This document shows positions 20,020 through 29,257 of a stretch of DNA of 61,895 nt, in pieces. The position numbers and the translations under genes were made by a program. The DNA lies in contig CAZQBW010000003.1 in NCBI GenBank assembly GCA_964591515.1, positions 1-61,895 of the forward strand, read 5' to 3'. Every line of letters starts with the position of its first letter. Position 1 is the first letter of the stretch. This DNA is from an uncultured Clostridia bacterium. GTDB lineage: Bacteria; Acidobacteriota; Blastocatellia; UBA7656; JADIYM01. The notes under the pieces are model-generated. The model did no database searches. It was not told the DNA's origin and worked only from the letters and a program-made list of their open reading frames with translations.

Positions 20020-20108
20020 CTTTGTGACCTCCGTGCCTCCGTGCTCTCTGTATGCCGACGGCAATGGCGTTGCCATACAGAGATCACAGAGGCCCAGAGA
20101 ACACAGAG
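20020..20108. repeat. CACAGAG-family palindrome, head-to-head type
   Basis: Same core as 15994-16082 in reverse orientation; sits between convergent stops. Confidence 0.85.
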
Positions 20109-20122
20109 GGCTCCTTCGAGAG

Positions 20123-21358
20123 CTACAGGAACCCGACGTCCTCGAATGCGCTCCCCAGGATCGACTCCGGCTCCACCTGCAACCAGTTCCTGAGCACCGT
20201 CGAATACACGGACCGGAAGTCGATCTCGTGGATCAGGTCGTAGTTGTCGTCGAGATTCACGAGGCTCGGGTGATCGCCGTACACCCCTCCCTGCACCGCA
20301 TTCCCGAGCACGAAGAGCGGCGCCGCCGTCCCGTGATCGGTTCCGAAGCTCTCGTTCTCGTTCACCCGTCGACCGAACTCAGAGAACGTCATTACCAGTA
20401 CGTCGTCACCTCGACCGTGTGCGACCACGTCCTGATGGAAGGCCGAGAGCCCGTCCGACAACCACCGCAGCAACCGCGCGTGGTCTCCCGCCTGGTTGGC
20501 GTGCGTGTCGAACGATCCAAGGCCCGTCACGTAGATGTCCGTCCCGAGGTTCGCTCCGATCAACTGCGCGATCTTGAGCAGGCTCTGGCTGAACGGATCG
20601 TCCGGATACGCCACGGCCGGCACGTAGTTGTCCGCGACCTGACTGATGACGCCCGACGACTCGTATGCCGCGAGGCCTGTGTTCGCGATGAAGTCGATCG
20701 TCGACTCTTCACCGCGCACATCGTCGTAGAGCCCTGCGAATGCAGCGAACTTGTTCGCATCGTCCTGCGGTTGCGCGCCGTCACCGGCGATGCGGTACGA
20801 CTCGAACGAATCGATCGAGGCGACGCCAGCCGACGTCGCCGTCGTTAGCACCGCGGGAGTCTCGAATCCGATGTTGATTGCATCGAGCATCGTGCTGCCC
20901 GGAATCGCAATCTGGTCGAGGTAGCGTCCTAGCCAGCCCGTCGATGCGATCGCGTCGGGCTCGGCCGTCTGCCAGATCTCGGTCGATCGAAAGTGGGAGA
21001 GGTTTGGCGAAGGGTAGCCGACGCCCTGCACGATGGCGACGCGGTTCTGGTCGTACAGGCTCTTCAGCGACGCCAGGCTCGGATGCAGTCCGAGCGAGTC
21101 GGTCAGCGGAACGAGCGACCCCGGCGCGAGCGCGAGCGACCGCCGATACTGCGCATACTTCGGATCCGTGAACGGGACCACCGTGTTGAGTCCGTCGTTG
21201 CCGCCGTTCATCTCCACGACGACGAGGATCTTGCCGTTCCCGCGACCGGCCGCGCGCGCGATTCCGGATCCGCGACCGAGCAGGAAGCGGGGCGCGGCCA
21301 GCCCCGCACCCACGAATGTGACGCCCCGCGTGATGAATTGCCGTCTCGAGTGCGACAT
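20123..21358 (-). CDS. DUF1501 family protein with Tat signal (411 aa)
   Basis: SRRQFI twin-Arg; MNGGNDGLNTVVP, SHFRSTEIW, SFDTH, SEFGRR, GTDHG. Confidence 0.9.
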   Translation of the reverse strand: MSHSRRQFITRGVTFVGAGLAAPRFLLGRGSGIARAAGRGNGKILVVVEMNGGNDGLNTVVPFTDPKYAQYRRSLALAPGSLVPLTDSLGLHPSLASLKSLYDQNRVAIVQGVGYPSPNLSHFRSTEIWQTAEPDAIASTGWLGRYLDQIAIPGSTMLDAINIGFETPAVLTTATSAGVASIDSFESYRIAGDGAQPQDDANKFAAFAGLYDDVRGEESTIDFIANTGLAAYESSGVISQVADNYVPAVAYPDDPFSQSLLKIAQLIGANLGTDIYVTGLGSFDTHANQAGDHARLLRWLSDGLSAFHQDVVAHGRGDDVLVMTFSEFGRRVNENESFGTDHGTAAPLFVLGNAVQGGVYGDHPSLVNLDDNYDLIHEIDFRSVYSTVLRNWLQVEPESILGSAFEDVGFL

Positions 21359-21372
21359 CGTTCCGGTCCTCC

Positions 21373-23052
21373 TCAGCGGGTCAGGTCGTACGGCATCGAC
21401 TGCACGCCGTCAGGATTCTCGACCACGAGCGTGACGGTTCCGCCCACGGGAATGAGTTCGTCTACCGTTCGTCCGCCGGGCGTGCTGCGGACCTTCCTGC
21501 CGACGACCCACTTCGACGCTCCCTTCGCTGCGAGCGGGAAGAACTCCGTGCCCGCGATCGTTTCGCCCGTCACTCGCAGCCGTGCCCCAACGACAAGTCC
21601 CGAACCCGTTCCGGAGAGCAGCAGCTTGCCCTTCTTGATTACCGGCGAAACGACGACCGGCGCCGCAAGGTCGGGATCGACGGCCAGAGCGTGTACCTGG
21701 TACTCGGCGGTCGACATGAGCAACCGGAGCAGGCCGCGGATCTTCGTGTCGATCGTCTCGTCGTCGAGTACGAACTCGCCGGGAGTGCCGTCGGGCCGCG
21801 CTCGCAGGTAGTCGGCCAGCCGGCGCTTCGCCACCGAACCGATGTCGAGCGGTCCGAGACGCTCGGCAAACGCGTCGACGATCGTCTCGGGCGTCGACGC
21901 GCCGGTCTGGGCGACGAGCGCCGCGGCATCGACGAGCTGGTAGCCCTCGCCGCGGATCATCGCCACGCCGTTCGTGAAGTTGAATCGAGAGATCAGCGTC
22001 GAAGTGTTCACCCACTTCCTTCCGCCGTCCCAGCCCTTCACGCTCGGCGGGAAGAACAATGTCTGCCCCATCGAGACTGTGTTGAAGATGAAGTAGCGGA
22101 AGTCGGGGAACTCGATGATCGGGCGCGACGCCTCGAGAGACCGCAGCGTTCCGACGTAGATCTCGACCGGGCTCTTGATCTGCGCGTCGGCAATCGATGC
22201 CGCGAAGAACTCGTCGCGAAGGAACATCGTCCGCACCATTTCGCGAATCGAGCGGCTGTTGGCCCGGTACGCGGCGGCCATCGCGTCGAGCGCGGCCTGC
22301 GGCGCAGGGCCCGTCCCGAAGAACGCCCACAGCTTTCTCGCCAGGAACTGCTCGCACACCGGACTCGCCGCGAGGATTCGACAAACCTGGCGGCCGTCCT
22401 CGATGCCCTGGCCCGAGGGGATGAACGTGCCGAGCACGGATTTCGAGTCGTTGTCGTGAATCCCGTCGATGAAGTCGAAGCCGGCGCCGCGGAACGTCCA
22501 GCCCGTGAAACAGCGGGCGACTTCCTTTACGTCGGTCTCGGTGTAGTTGCCGATGCCGAGCGAAAAGAGCTCCATCAGCTCGCGGGCATAGTTCTCGTTC
22601 GGCGCTTCCTTCACCGACACGACGTTGTCGAGCCAGAAGAGCATCGCGGGATCGGCCGAAACCTCGATGAGCGTCTGCTGGAAATCGCCGACCGCCCGCC
22701 GACGGAAGAGCCGGTTCTGCTCAAGCATGAACCCCGGGTCGTTTACCTTCGCGTACGACGTCGCGAAGTGGCCATGCCAGAAGAGCGTGAGCTTCTCTTC
22801 GAGCGGCCGCGCCGTGTACAGCATCCGGTAAAGCCACCAGTAGTAGATCTGGACGATCTCACCGAGGTCGAGCGAGAGTTGCGTGAGGCGTGTCTCGAGC
22901 GCACTGTTGTCGATCGACTCGTAGTCGACGAGGCGCGAGACGGCCTGCTCGTGACCGAGTGCCGCGAACGTCGCGACTTCCGCCGGCGTTGGCCCGAATC
23001 CGGCGCGCCTCAGCAGGTAAGCGGCGGAGTTGGCATTCCATGCGACGGCCAC
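21373..23052 (-). CDS. DUF1800 family protein with extra C-terminal Ig-like domain (559 aa)
   Basis: YLLRRAGFG, KLTLFWHGHFATS, PNENYARELMELFSLG, PPSVKGW; last ~95 aa beta-rich, ending LVVENPDG; GGAGGAGG RBS. Confidence 0.88.
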   Translation of the reverse strand: MAVAWNANSAAYLLRRAGFGPTPAEVATFAALGHEQAVSRLVDYESIDNSALETRLTQLSLDLGEIVQIYYWWLYRMLYTARPLEEKLTLFWHGHFATSYAKVNDPGFMLEQNRLFRRRAVGDFQQTLIEVSADPAMLFWLDNVVSVKEAPNENYARELMELFSLGIGNYTETDVKEVARCFTGWTFRGAGFDFIDGIHDNDSKSVLGTFIPSGQGIEDGRQVCRILAASPVCEQFLARKLWAFFGTGPAPQAALDAMAAAYRANSRSIREMVRTMFLRDEFFAASIADAQIKSPVEIYVGTLRSLEASRPIIEFPDFRYFIFNTVSMGQTLFFPPSVKGWDGGRKWVNTSTLISRFNFTNGVAMIRGEGYQLVDAAALVAQTGASTPETIVDAFAERLGPLDIGSVAKRRLADYLRARPDGTPGEFVLDDETIDTKIRGLLRLLMSTAEYQVHALAVDPDLAAPVVVSPVIKKGKLLLSGTGSGLVVGARLRVTGETIAGTEFFPLAAKGASKWVVGRKVRSTPGGRTVDELIPVGGTVTLVVENPDGVQSMPYDLTR

Positions 23053-23166
23053 GGCGGTTCCTCCTCCGCGCGTCGGTCGGGCGCGCTACTGGATCCAGCG
23101 GGAAAGACGTTCAATATCGAGGGGGGGCGGGGGCTTACGTTTCGAAGCACACCCGGTACCTCGATG

Positions 23167-23508
23167 TCAGTCGGTGATTGTGTGATCGGCTTCGCGATGG
23201 TCGAAAGCGTGCAGTGCCGCAATGGTGGCAAGCAGGTGCTGCACATGAAGGCGGAAGTCTTCGGCCTGAGGGCCTTCGCCCTCGATGGGAGTCGATGCCA
23301 GCCGTGCCGCTATCGGTCGAACGGCCTCGACGATCGCTTCGAGCCTCGCGGCTCGAGAGATGATGCCGAGCGCACTGACGAACTGTTCGTTGATGCTCTC
23401 GGCCGTCTCGTTGGGGAATCGTTGAAAGGGTGCGTCGCTCACGGCAGCGGCTGCGGCGCGAAGGATTACTTTCTGAATCGATGCTGTATCGGGGCCAGTC
23501 TGGCTCAT
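23167..23508 (-). CDS. Small helical hypothetical protein (113 aa)
   Basis: ATG 23508 with GGAGGTG RBS; TATACT -10 at 23545-23550 on the minus strand. Confidence 0.6.
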   Translation of the reverse strand: MSQTGPDTASIQKVILRAAAAAVSDAPFQRFPNETAESINEQFVSALGIISRAARLEAIVEAVRPIAARLASTPIEGEGPQAEDFRLHVQHLLATIAALHAFDHREADHTITD

Positions 23509-23569
23509 TGCACCTCCAGCGTCCGGCGTTCGGACGCGCCCGCCAGTATACGAAAGTGGCGGGAGAAAG

Positions 23570-23705
23570 GAGAAGTGAGAGGACAGAATTTCAGGATTTC
23601 CCGAGGACTGACACCATTCCGGGGATGCGGAACGGGTTCGATCGATCCAAAGTCCTTCCCGCGAATCCTCGGGAACTCCTGACGAATCCTGTCCACTCAC
23701 TTCTC
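23570..23705. repeat. ~135-bp palindromic element, copy B (GTGAGTGGACAGGATT family)
   Basis: Terminal GAGAAGTGAG/CTCACTTCTC; core CGGAACGGGTTCGATCGATCCAA versus CGGAACGGGTTCAATTGATCCAA in copy A. Confidence 0.82.
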
Positions 23706-24846
23706 AAAACCTGAGCGCGTTGATGACGAGATCGCGCTTGAGGGTCAGGTAACTCTGCTCGCCGCCGAGTGCGCGCGCCATCACCCGACGGAATCCGGCG
23801 TGTCGCGCCGAGAACCCGACGGCACGATCGATGACAGGTGCCCCGAGGAACGTGCCGCGGTAGAACCTGTCGAGGTACTTCGATGCGACTTCGAGATCCT
23901 CTCCGAAATCCTCGAACCAGGCTCGCTCGTACCCGGACAGTCCCGTGCCGTCCTTGAAGCATGCGGCGAGCAGTTCCGCGGACCGGATTGCGAAGTAGAT
24001 CCCCTCGCCGGTGATCGGATCGACAAAACCCGCCGCATCTCCGACGAGCGCCCAGGCGTCGCCCGTGGCGCGCACCTCCCGCCACGATCCGCTCGCGAGC
24101 ATTGGAACCTTGGCGCCGTAGAACTCGGCGGCTTCCGGAATCGGCCCCCCGTAATAGCGGTGCATGAAGTCATGCAAGAGCGACTTCAGTTCCGCGGCGG
24201 GTCGCTCGTTGAGTCTGTTGATGACGCCGAAATTGACGTGATCCGTCCGCGGAAACGCCCAGAGGTATCCCGTCAGCCCCGCCGGGAACTCGATCTCCAC
24301 CGAGCTCATCGATCTGGACGCCGCCGGCGGCGCGTTGTACCCGACAGTCAGTGCAACGTCGCCCGGTCGGAATCGTCCGGCCAGGTCGCGACGTACGACG
24401 CTGCCGGCGCCATCCGCTCCGACGAGCACGCCGGCCTCGTATTCGCCCGACCGCGTCGTGACCGTCCATCCGGTCTCCGTTCGTTCGAACCGCGATACGG
24501 ACTCGGCAACTACCGTCGCTCCCGAGTCACGGGCGCGCTCGAGCAGCAAGCCGTTCAGGCGCGTCCGATCGTAGACGCGAAACGGGCGGTCGAGCGGCAT
24601 CTCGAGGCGACGGCCGCCAGGCGCGACAAGGGCGATGCGATCGATGGTCCGGGATGGCCACGACGGATTGTCCAGGAGGAACGAATACCGTTCGAGGGCC
24701 TTCGTCGTTACACCTCCCCCGCACGGCTTCTCCCACGCCCCCTTTGGCTCGAAGAGCGTCACCGGGAAACCCGACCTGGCAAGTTCGGCCGCGGCAAAGC
24801 TGCCGGACGGCCCGCCGCCGACAATGGCGAACGAAGGACGGGACAT
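23704..24846 (-). CDS. Geranylgeranyl reductase-family FAD oxidoreductase (380 aa)
   Basis: IVGGGPSG, KPCGGG, YDRTRLNGLL, VGADGAGS, GYLWAFP, VGDAAGFVDPITGEGIYFA; TGATG overlap with purN. Confidence 0.9.
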   Translation of the reverse strand: MSRPSFAIVGGGPSGSFAAAELARSGFPVTLFEPKGAWEKPCGGGVTTKALERYSFLLDNPSWPSRTIDRIALVAPGGRRLEMPLDRPFRVYDRTRLNGLLLERARDSGATVVAESVSRFERTETGWTVTTRSGEYEAGVLVGADGAGSVVRRDLAGRFRPGDVALTVGYNAPPAASRSMSSVEIEFPAGLTGYLWAFPRTDHVNFGVINRLNERPAAELKSLLHDFMHRYYGGPIPEAAEFYGAKVPMLASGSWREVRATGDAWALVGDAAGFVDPITGEGIYFAIRSAELLAACFKDGTGLSGYERAWFEDFGEDLEVASKYLDRFYRGTFLGAPVIDRAVGFSARHAGFRRVMARALGGEQSYLTLKRDLVINALRF

Positions 24847-25463
24847 CACCGCGTCGGCGAGGCGTCGATCCGGACGACTGAGCGACCGACGATGCGGACC
24901 AATCCGCTGGCGAATAGCCGAACGGCTTCCGGATACGCGGCGTGTTCCTCGACCAGGATGCGCTCGCTCAGTGACGCTTCGGTATCGTCGTCGCGGACGT
25001 CGACCGTCCGCTGGAGGACGATCGGTCCGTGATCGAGCTCTTCGTCGACCACGTGGACCGTGCATCCGGCGACCTTGACCCCGTAGTCGAGCGCCTGACG
25101 TTGCGCGGCGAGCCCCGGAAACGCCGGCAGCAGCGACGGGTGGATGTTCAGGATCTGGTTCGGGTAGCTGCGAATGAAGAACGGGCTAAGAAGTCGCATG
25201 TACCCGGCGAGGCAGACGAGCTTGACGTCGCGTTCGACGAGTTCGGCATGCATGCGCTTGTCGTGCGCCTCGCGGGTGAGTCCGCGGTGATCGAGAGCGA
25301 TGGCATCGATGCCGCGCGCCTGCGCGCGCGCTAGCCCCGGGGCGTCGGGCACGTTGCTGATGACGCAGCCGACGCGCCCCTGAATGAGCCCTTCATCGAT
25401 GGCATCGAGGATCGCCACCATGTTCGACCCTCGGCCCGAGATGAGTATTCCGATCGTCGTCAC
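24846..25463 (-). CDS. purN: Phosphoribosylglycinamide formyltransferase
   Basis: ILISGRGSNM, CLAGYMRLL, NIHPSLLP, GCTVH, LDHGPI. Confidence 0.95.
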   Translation of the reverse strand: MTTIGILISGRGSNMVAILDAIDEGLIQGRVGCVISNVPDAPGLARAQARGIDAIALDHRGLTREAHDKRMHAELVERDVKLVCLAGYMRLLSPFFIRSYPNQILNIHPSLLPAFPGLAAQRQALDYGVKVAGCTVHVVDEELDHGPIVLQRTVDVRDDDTEASLSERILVEEHAAYPEAVRLFASGLVRIVGRSVVRIDASPTR

Positions 25464-25517
25464 TGCATTAGCTCTCCGGATCGCAGCGGCATTGCCTGAC
25501 CGTGCACCAGTTCGCAC

Positions 25518-26201
25518 TCAACCGTTGAACCACTCGTTGTAGGCCTGGCTGAGAGGTCCAGTCTTGCCGACGTCGGCTCGCGATCGCTCAACTTCGTTCA
25601 GAAGCGAACGCACCAGCAGCTTGTCCTTCTGACCCGGCTTGCTCTCCACGCCGCTGCAGACGTCGATGCCGTAAGGCTTCACGAGCTTGATCGCCTGCAC
25701 GACGTTTTCGGGATTGAGCCCGCCGGCGAGTATGAGGCTCGAAACGTACTGCTTGGCGGCAACGGCCTTGCTCCAGTCGAACAGACGACCAGTTCCGCCA
25801 TACGTGTCCGCGTCGTAGGCATCGAGCAGGATTGCCGGAACGGCGAAATCCCGCACGTGTGCCGGGTCGAAGTCGTCGTTCACGCGAAGCGCCTTCACGA
25901 CCGTGAAGTCCGAGAGTCGCGAGCAGTATTCGGGCGACTCTCCGCCGTGGAGCTGGATGACGCTTAGGTGGCACATCTCGGCGATCGAGCGGACGACAGC
26001 GAGGTCGAACTCGTTGACGAAGACGCCGACCTTTACGGCGAACGGCGGAAGCTTCTTGGCGATCTCGGCAACGGTCGACGGCGCGACGTGGCGCGAGCTC
26101 TTTTCGTAGAAGACGAAGCCGACGGCATCGGCGCCGCAATCGAGCGCGTAGGCGGCATCTTCGTAGGACGTGTTGCCACAGATTTTGACTTTGACAGCCA
26201 T
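25518..26201 (-). CDS. trpF: Phosphoribosylanthranilate isomerase
   Basis: VKICG, GFVFYEKSSRHV, IQLHGGE, LLDAY, GGTG, ILAGGLNPENV, DVCSGVE. Confidence 0.94.
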   Translation of the reverse strand: MAVKVKICGNTSYEDAAYALDCGADAVGFVFYEKSSRHVAPSTVAEIAKKLPPFAVKVGVFVNEFDLAVVRSIAEMCHLSVIQLHGGESPEYCSRLSDFTVVKALRVNDDFDPAHVRDFAVPAILLDAYDADTYGGTGRLFDWSKAVAAKQYVSSLILAGGLNPENVVQAIKLVKPYGIDVCSGVESKPGQKDKLLVRSLLNEVERSRADVGKTGPLSQAYNEWFNG

Positions 26202-26208
26202 GCTGAAC

Positions 26209-27006
26209 TCACTCGACTAAAGCGCGAAGGGCGGTTCCGGGATCCTCGGCGCGCATCAGGTGTTCTCCGATGAGGAACGCCTGAAATCCGGCACGCCGCA
26301 ATTCATCTATCGTTGTTCGCGACTCGAGGCCGCTTTCGCTCACGAGCAGGACGTCATCGGGCGCGAGTCTGGCAACTGCGAAGGACGTGTCGAGATCGAC
26401 AGCGAACGTCGACAGATCGCGGTTGTTGACGCCTATGAGAGCGTGATTGCAGTGTAGCACGGCCTCCAGCTCGGCGACCGTATGCACCTCGACGAGAACG
26501 TCGAGGCCGAGGCTCACAGCCTCGTCGCGCAGGTCGGTCATCTGATGCTGATCGAGCGCGGCTGCGATGAGCAGGACAGCGTCGGCGCCTGCCTCGGCCG
26601 CCTCGAAGAGCTGATAGCGGTCGAAGAGGAAGTCCTTGCGAAGAAGGGGCACGTCGACGCGCTCTCGAATGGCGCGGAGGACGTCCAGCGAGCCGCCGAA
26701 GTAGTCTTCCTCGGTCAGCACCGAGATCGCCGCGGCCCAGGGGGCGTATCCGATCGCGATGTCGACCGGGTCCAGATCGTCTCGGATGATACCGCGCGAT
26801 GGAGACCTGCGTTTGACCTCGGCGATGATGTTGACGGAATCCGGGCGCGCAAGTCTTGCGGCAAATCCAACGGACGCACGAAGGCGTTGCCCGGCTACAG
26901 AGGCCTCGAGCTCGGCTAGAGGGCGGATCCGCCTCGCGGCCTCGAGCCGCTCGGCCTTGCGGTCGAGGATCTGCCGAAGGATGTCGGTGCGGGTGTGCGG
27001 CGGCAT
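26209..27006 (-). CDS. trpC: Indole-3-glycerol phosphate synthase
   Basis: IIAEVKRRSPSRG, SVLTEEDYFGG, LRKDF, LVEVH, GVNNRDL, VSESG, LIGEHLM. Confidence 0.95.
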   Translation of the reverse strand: MPPHTRTDILRQILDRKAERLEAARRIRPLAELEASVAGQRLRASVGFAARLARPDSVNIIAEVKRRSPSRGIIRDDLDPVDIAIGYAPWAAAISVLTEEDYFGGSLDVLRAIRERVDVPLLRKDFLFDRYQLFEAAEAGADAVLLIAAALDQHQMTDLRDEAVSLGLDVLVEVHTVAELEAVLHCNHALIGVNNRDLSTFAVDLDTSFAVARLAPDDVLLVSESGLESRTTIDELRRAGFQAFLIGEHLMRAEDPGTALRALVE

Positions 27007-27107
27007 GGAACGCGAAGAATACCGGAAGGCCCGGACCTCCGGGAGGGCTTGACCGACCGTTGGCGTGCCAGGACCGTCGTGAGAAGGCGTCGCCGGCCTG
27101 AATTGAG

Positions 27108-27216
27108 AAGGCGTAGCCGTACAGAGAGCACGGAGTCACAGAGCACACAAAGGCTCGAATGATCAGGAGCCTTCGTGCCCTCTGTGACTCTGTGCTCTCT
27201 GTACGGCCACGCCTTT
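27108..27216. repeat. CACAGAG-family palindrome, tail-to-tail type, 3' of the kinase-FGE gene
   Basis: AAGGCGTAGCCGTACAGAGAGCAC pairs with GTGCTCTCTGTACGGCCACGCCTT. Confidence 0.85.
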
Positions 27217-27227
27217 CGTTCGGGTCG

Positions 27228-29108
27228 TCACCCCAGCTCGCGGACGATCCGCACGCCGATCGTCCCGTCCCGCTTTCCGGCCGGCTCGAGGTTCCGGTTC
27301 GACGATCGGCAACCCTCGCCCGGTTCGTCAAAGGCGCCGCCGCGAATGACCCGGTATGTTCCGGCGGACGGTCCTGCCGGGTCGGTCCCTTCGCCACGCG
27401 AGTAGGGCCCGTAGAAGTCAGAGCACCACTCCCAGACGTTGCCGTGCATGTCGAAGATCCCCCACGAGTTCGGCGCACGTGTTCCGATCGGGTGAACCCG
27501 GTCTGCAGACGTCGCTGAGTGCCAGGCCATGACGTCGAGTTGGCCGGCGTAGTCGCCCGTAGTCCCGGAGCGGCACGCGTACTCCCATTCCGCTTCCGTT
27601 GGCAGGCGGAACCGCGCGCCACCGACCCGTTCGTTCAGTTTCGCGACGAACTCCTGCGCCTCGACCCACGAGACACTCGACACGGGCAAATCCGGTCCAG
27701 GCTCGGGCGAAGGGTTCGAGGGCATGAGCCTGGACCATTGCGCCTGGGTAATCTCGAACATCGAGATGCTGAAGCCTCGCGTGATCTTGACCCGATGCGG
27801 CGGTCGCTCGTCGCGGTCACCCGTCGGTGAGCCCATCAGGAAAGTTCCCGGCGGGATGCGGACCATCGCTATCGAAACACCGTCCCCGAGGTCGATCGCG
27901 GGAAGGTCGACGTTGGTCGGGCCGGTGGAGGGGACCGGCGCCTCGCGCTGAGCTTCGGCCGCGGATTCGGCTGCCTGCTCGTCGAGAATCGGCTTGTACT
28001 GGCGCCAGCGGACAAGCAGTCCGACCGAAACGAGAAGGGCCAGAACAGCAATCGCGACGGCGATCCACATCCTGATCTCGAGCTTCCGGCGATCTTCGGT
28101 CAGCGCCGCGATCATTGGGGTGGCGAGGTCCACTTCCTCGGGCACACCGCGGCCCGTCGACTTCGAATCGCTGCGGGCCGTCGCGAAGTCGTCCCGCTTG
28201 CCGGCAATCGAAGGCTCGGGGATCTGGGCGAGAACCTCGCCGAGCGCGCGCACGAGCTCGGACGGGTCTGGCAGGGCCGCGGACAGCGCTTCGCGCATTT
28301 CGTTGGCGGACGCATACCGGCTGCCGGGCTCGAGCTGCATTGCACATTCGATGACGTCCGCGACGGCCGCCGGAACCGTATCGTTCAGGGCGTCGACTCG
28401 TGCGACCGGGTCCGGCTCAGGCGGTCTCGCCTTGAGCGTTCGCGTGACGGCGTCGATCGGCTTCACTCCGGTCATCAGGTGATAGAGCGTCGCGCCGAGC
28501 GAGAAAAGATCGCTCGCGACCGTCGTTCCTTCGTCGCGCATCTGTTCAGGCGAGGCGTAACTCGGAGTGAATCCCGAGATGCTCTCGTCGTTTACAGTTC
28601 GCGACATCTCGCCGGCGGCGCCCTTCGAGAGACCAAAATCGAGCAGCACGACCTGCCCGTCGGTCATCAGTTTGAGGTTCTGGGGTTTCACGTCCCTGTG
28701 GAGAATCGGCGGATCGTGCCTGTGCAGGAATTCGAGTGCGTCGAGGATCTGATCGCCCCAGGCGACTACGGCGGCGTACGGAAACGGACCAAGACCCGAG
28801 TCGCGTCGATGACGGAGCAGCACCGACAGATCGTCGCCTTCGACGTAGTCCATGACGAGGTAGCACGTGCCGTCCTCTTCGAAGAAATCGATGACGCCCG
28901 GAAGGGCGGGATGTCGGAGGTTGCGGAGGAGTCGCGCCTCTCGCTCGAACGCGCGGGCGCCGTCGCCCGTCGCGAAGAATGCCTGTTTGACAGCGACGGT
29001 ATTCCGGAATCGATCGTCGGTCGCGACGTACACGGCACCCATCCCTCCCGACGCAAGATGGCGCTGGATTGTGTACCGATCCTGTAGAACAGTGCCTGGC
29101 GAGAGCAT
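27228..29108 (-). CDS. Ser/Thr kinase - TM - formylglycine-generating-enzyme (SUMF1/FGE-like) domain protein (626 aa)
   Basis: SGGMGAVY, HRDVKPQN, DFG, YASPEQ; TM WIAVAIAVLALLVSVGLLV; FLMGS, EITQAQW, RLPTEAEWEYACR, DMHGNVWEWC, RGGAF. Confidence 0.92.
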   Translation of the reverse strand: MLSPGTVLQDRYTIQRHLASGGMGAVYVATDDRFRNTVAVKQAFFATGDGARAFEREARLLRNLRHPALPGVIDFFEEDGTCYLVMDYVEGDDLSVLLRHRRDSGLGPFPYAAVVAWGDQILDALEFLHRHDPPILHRDVKPQNLKLMTDGQVVLLDFGLSKGAAGEMSRTVNDESISGFTPSYASPEQMRDEGTTVASDLFSLGATLYHLMTGVKPIDAVTRTLKARPPEPDPVARVDALNDTVPAAVADVIECAMQLEPGSRYASANEMREALSAALPDPSELVRALGEVLAQIPEPSIAGKRDDFATARSDSKSTGRGVPEEVDLATPMIAALTEDRRKLEIRMWIAVAIAVLALLVSVGLLVRWRQYKPILDEQAAESAAEAQREAPVPSTGPTNVDLPAIDLGDGVSIAMVRIPPGTFLMGSPTGDRDERPPHRVKITRGFSISMFEITQAQWSRLMPSNPSPEPGPDLPVSSVSWVEAQEFVAKLNERVGGARFRLPTEAEWEYACRSGTTGDYAGQLDVMAWHSATSADRVHPIGTRAPNSWGIFDMHGNVWEWCSDFYGPYSRGEGTDPAGPSAGTYRVIRGGAFDEPGEGCRSSNRNLEPAGKRDGTIGVRIVRELG

Positions 29109-29157
29109 CGCGGCCGATTGTACAGCAGCGAGCGGGGCGGCTCTTCGGGGTCTGAGC

Positions 29158-29244
29158 CTCCGTATCTCGGTGTCTCTGTGTGCGACTCCTTTATGTTCTC
29201 GAAGACCTTCGCACCCAGAGGCACGGAGACACTGAGACACGGAG
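29158..29244. repeat. Degenerate CACAGAG-family palindrome 5' of the kinase-FGE gene
   Basis: CTCCGTATCTCGGTGTCTCTGTG pairs imperfectly with CACGGAGACACTGAGACACGGAG. Confidence 0.7.
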
Positions 29245-29257
29245 TCGTGAATCGCCT

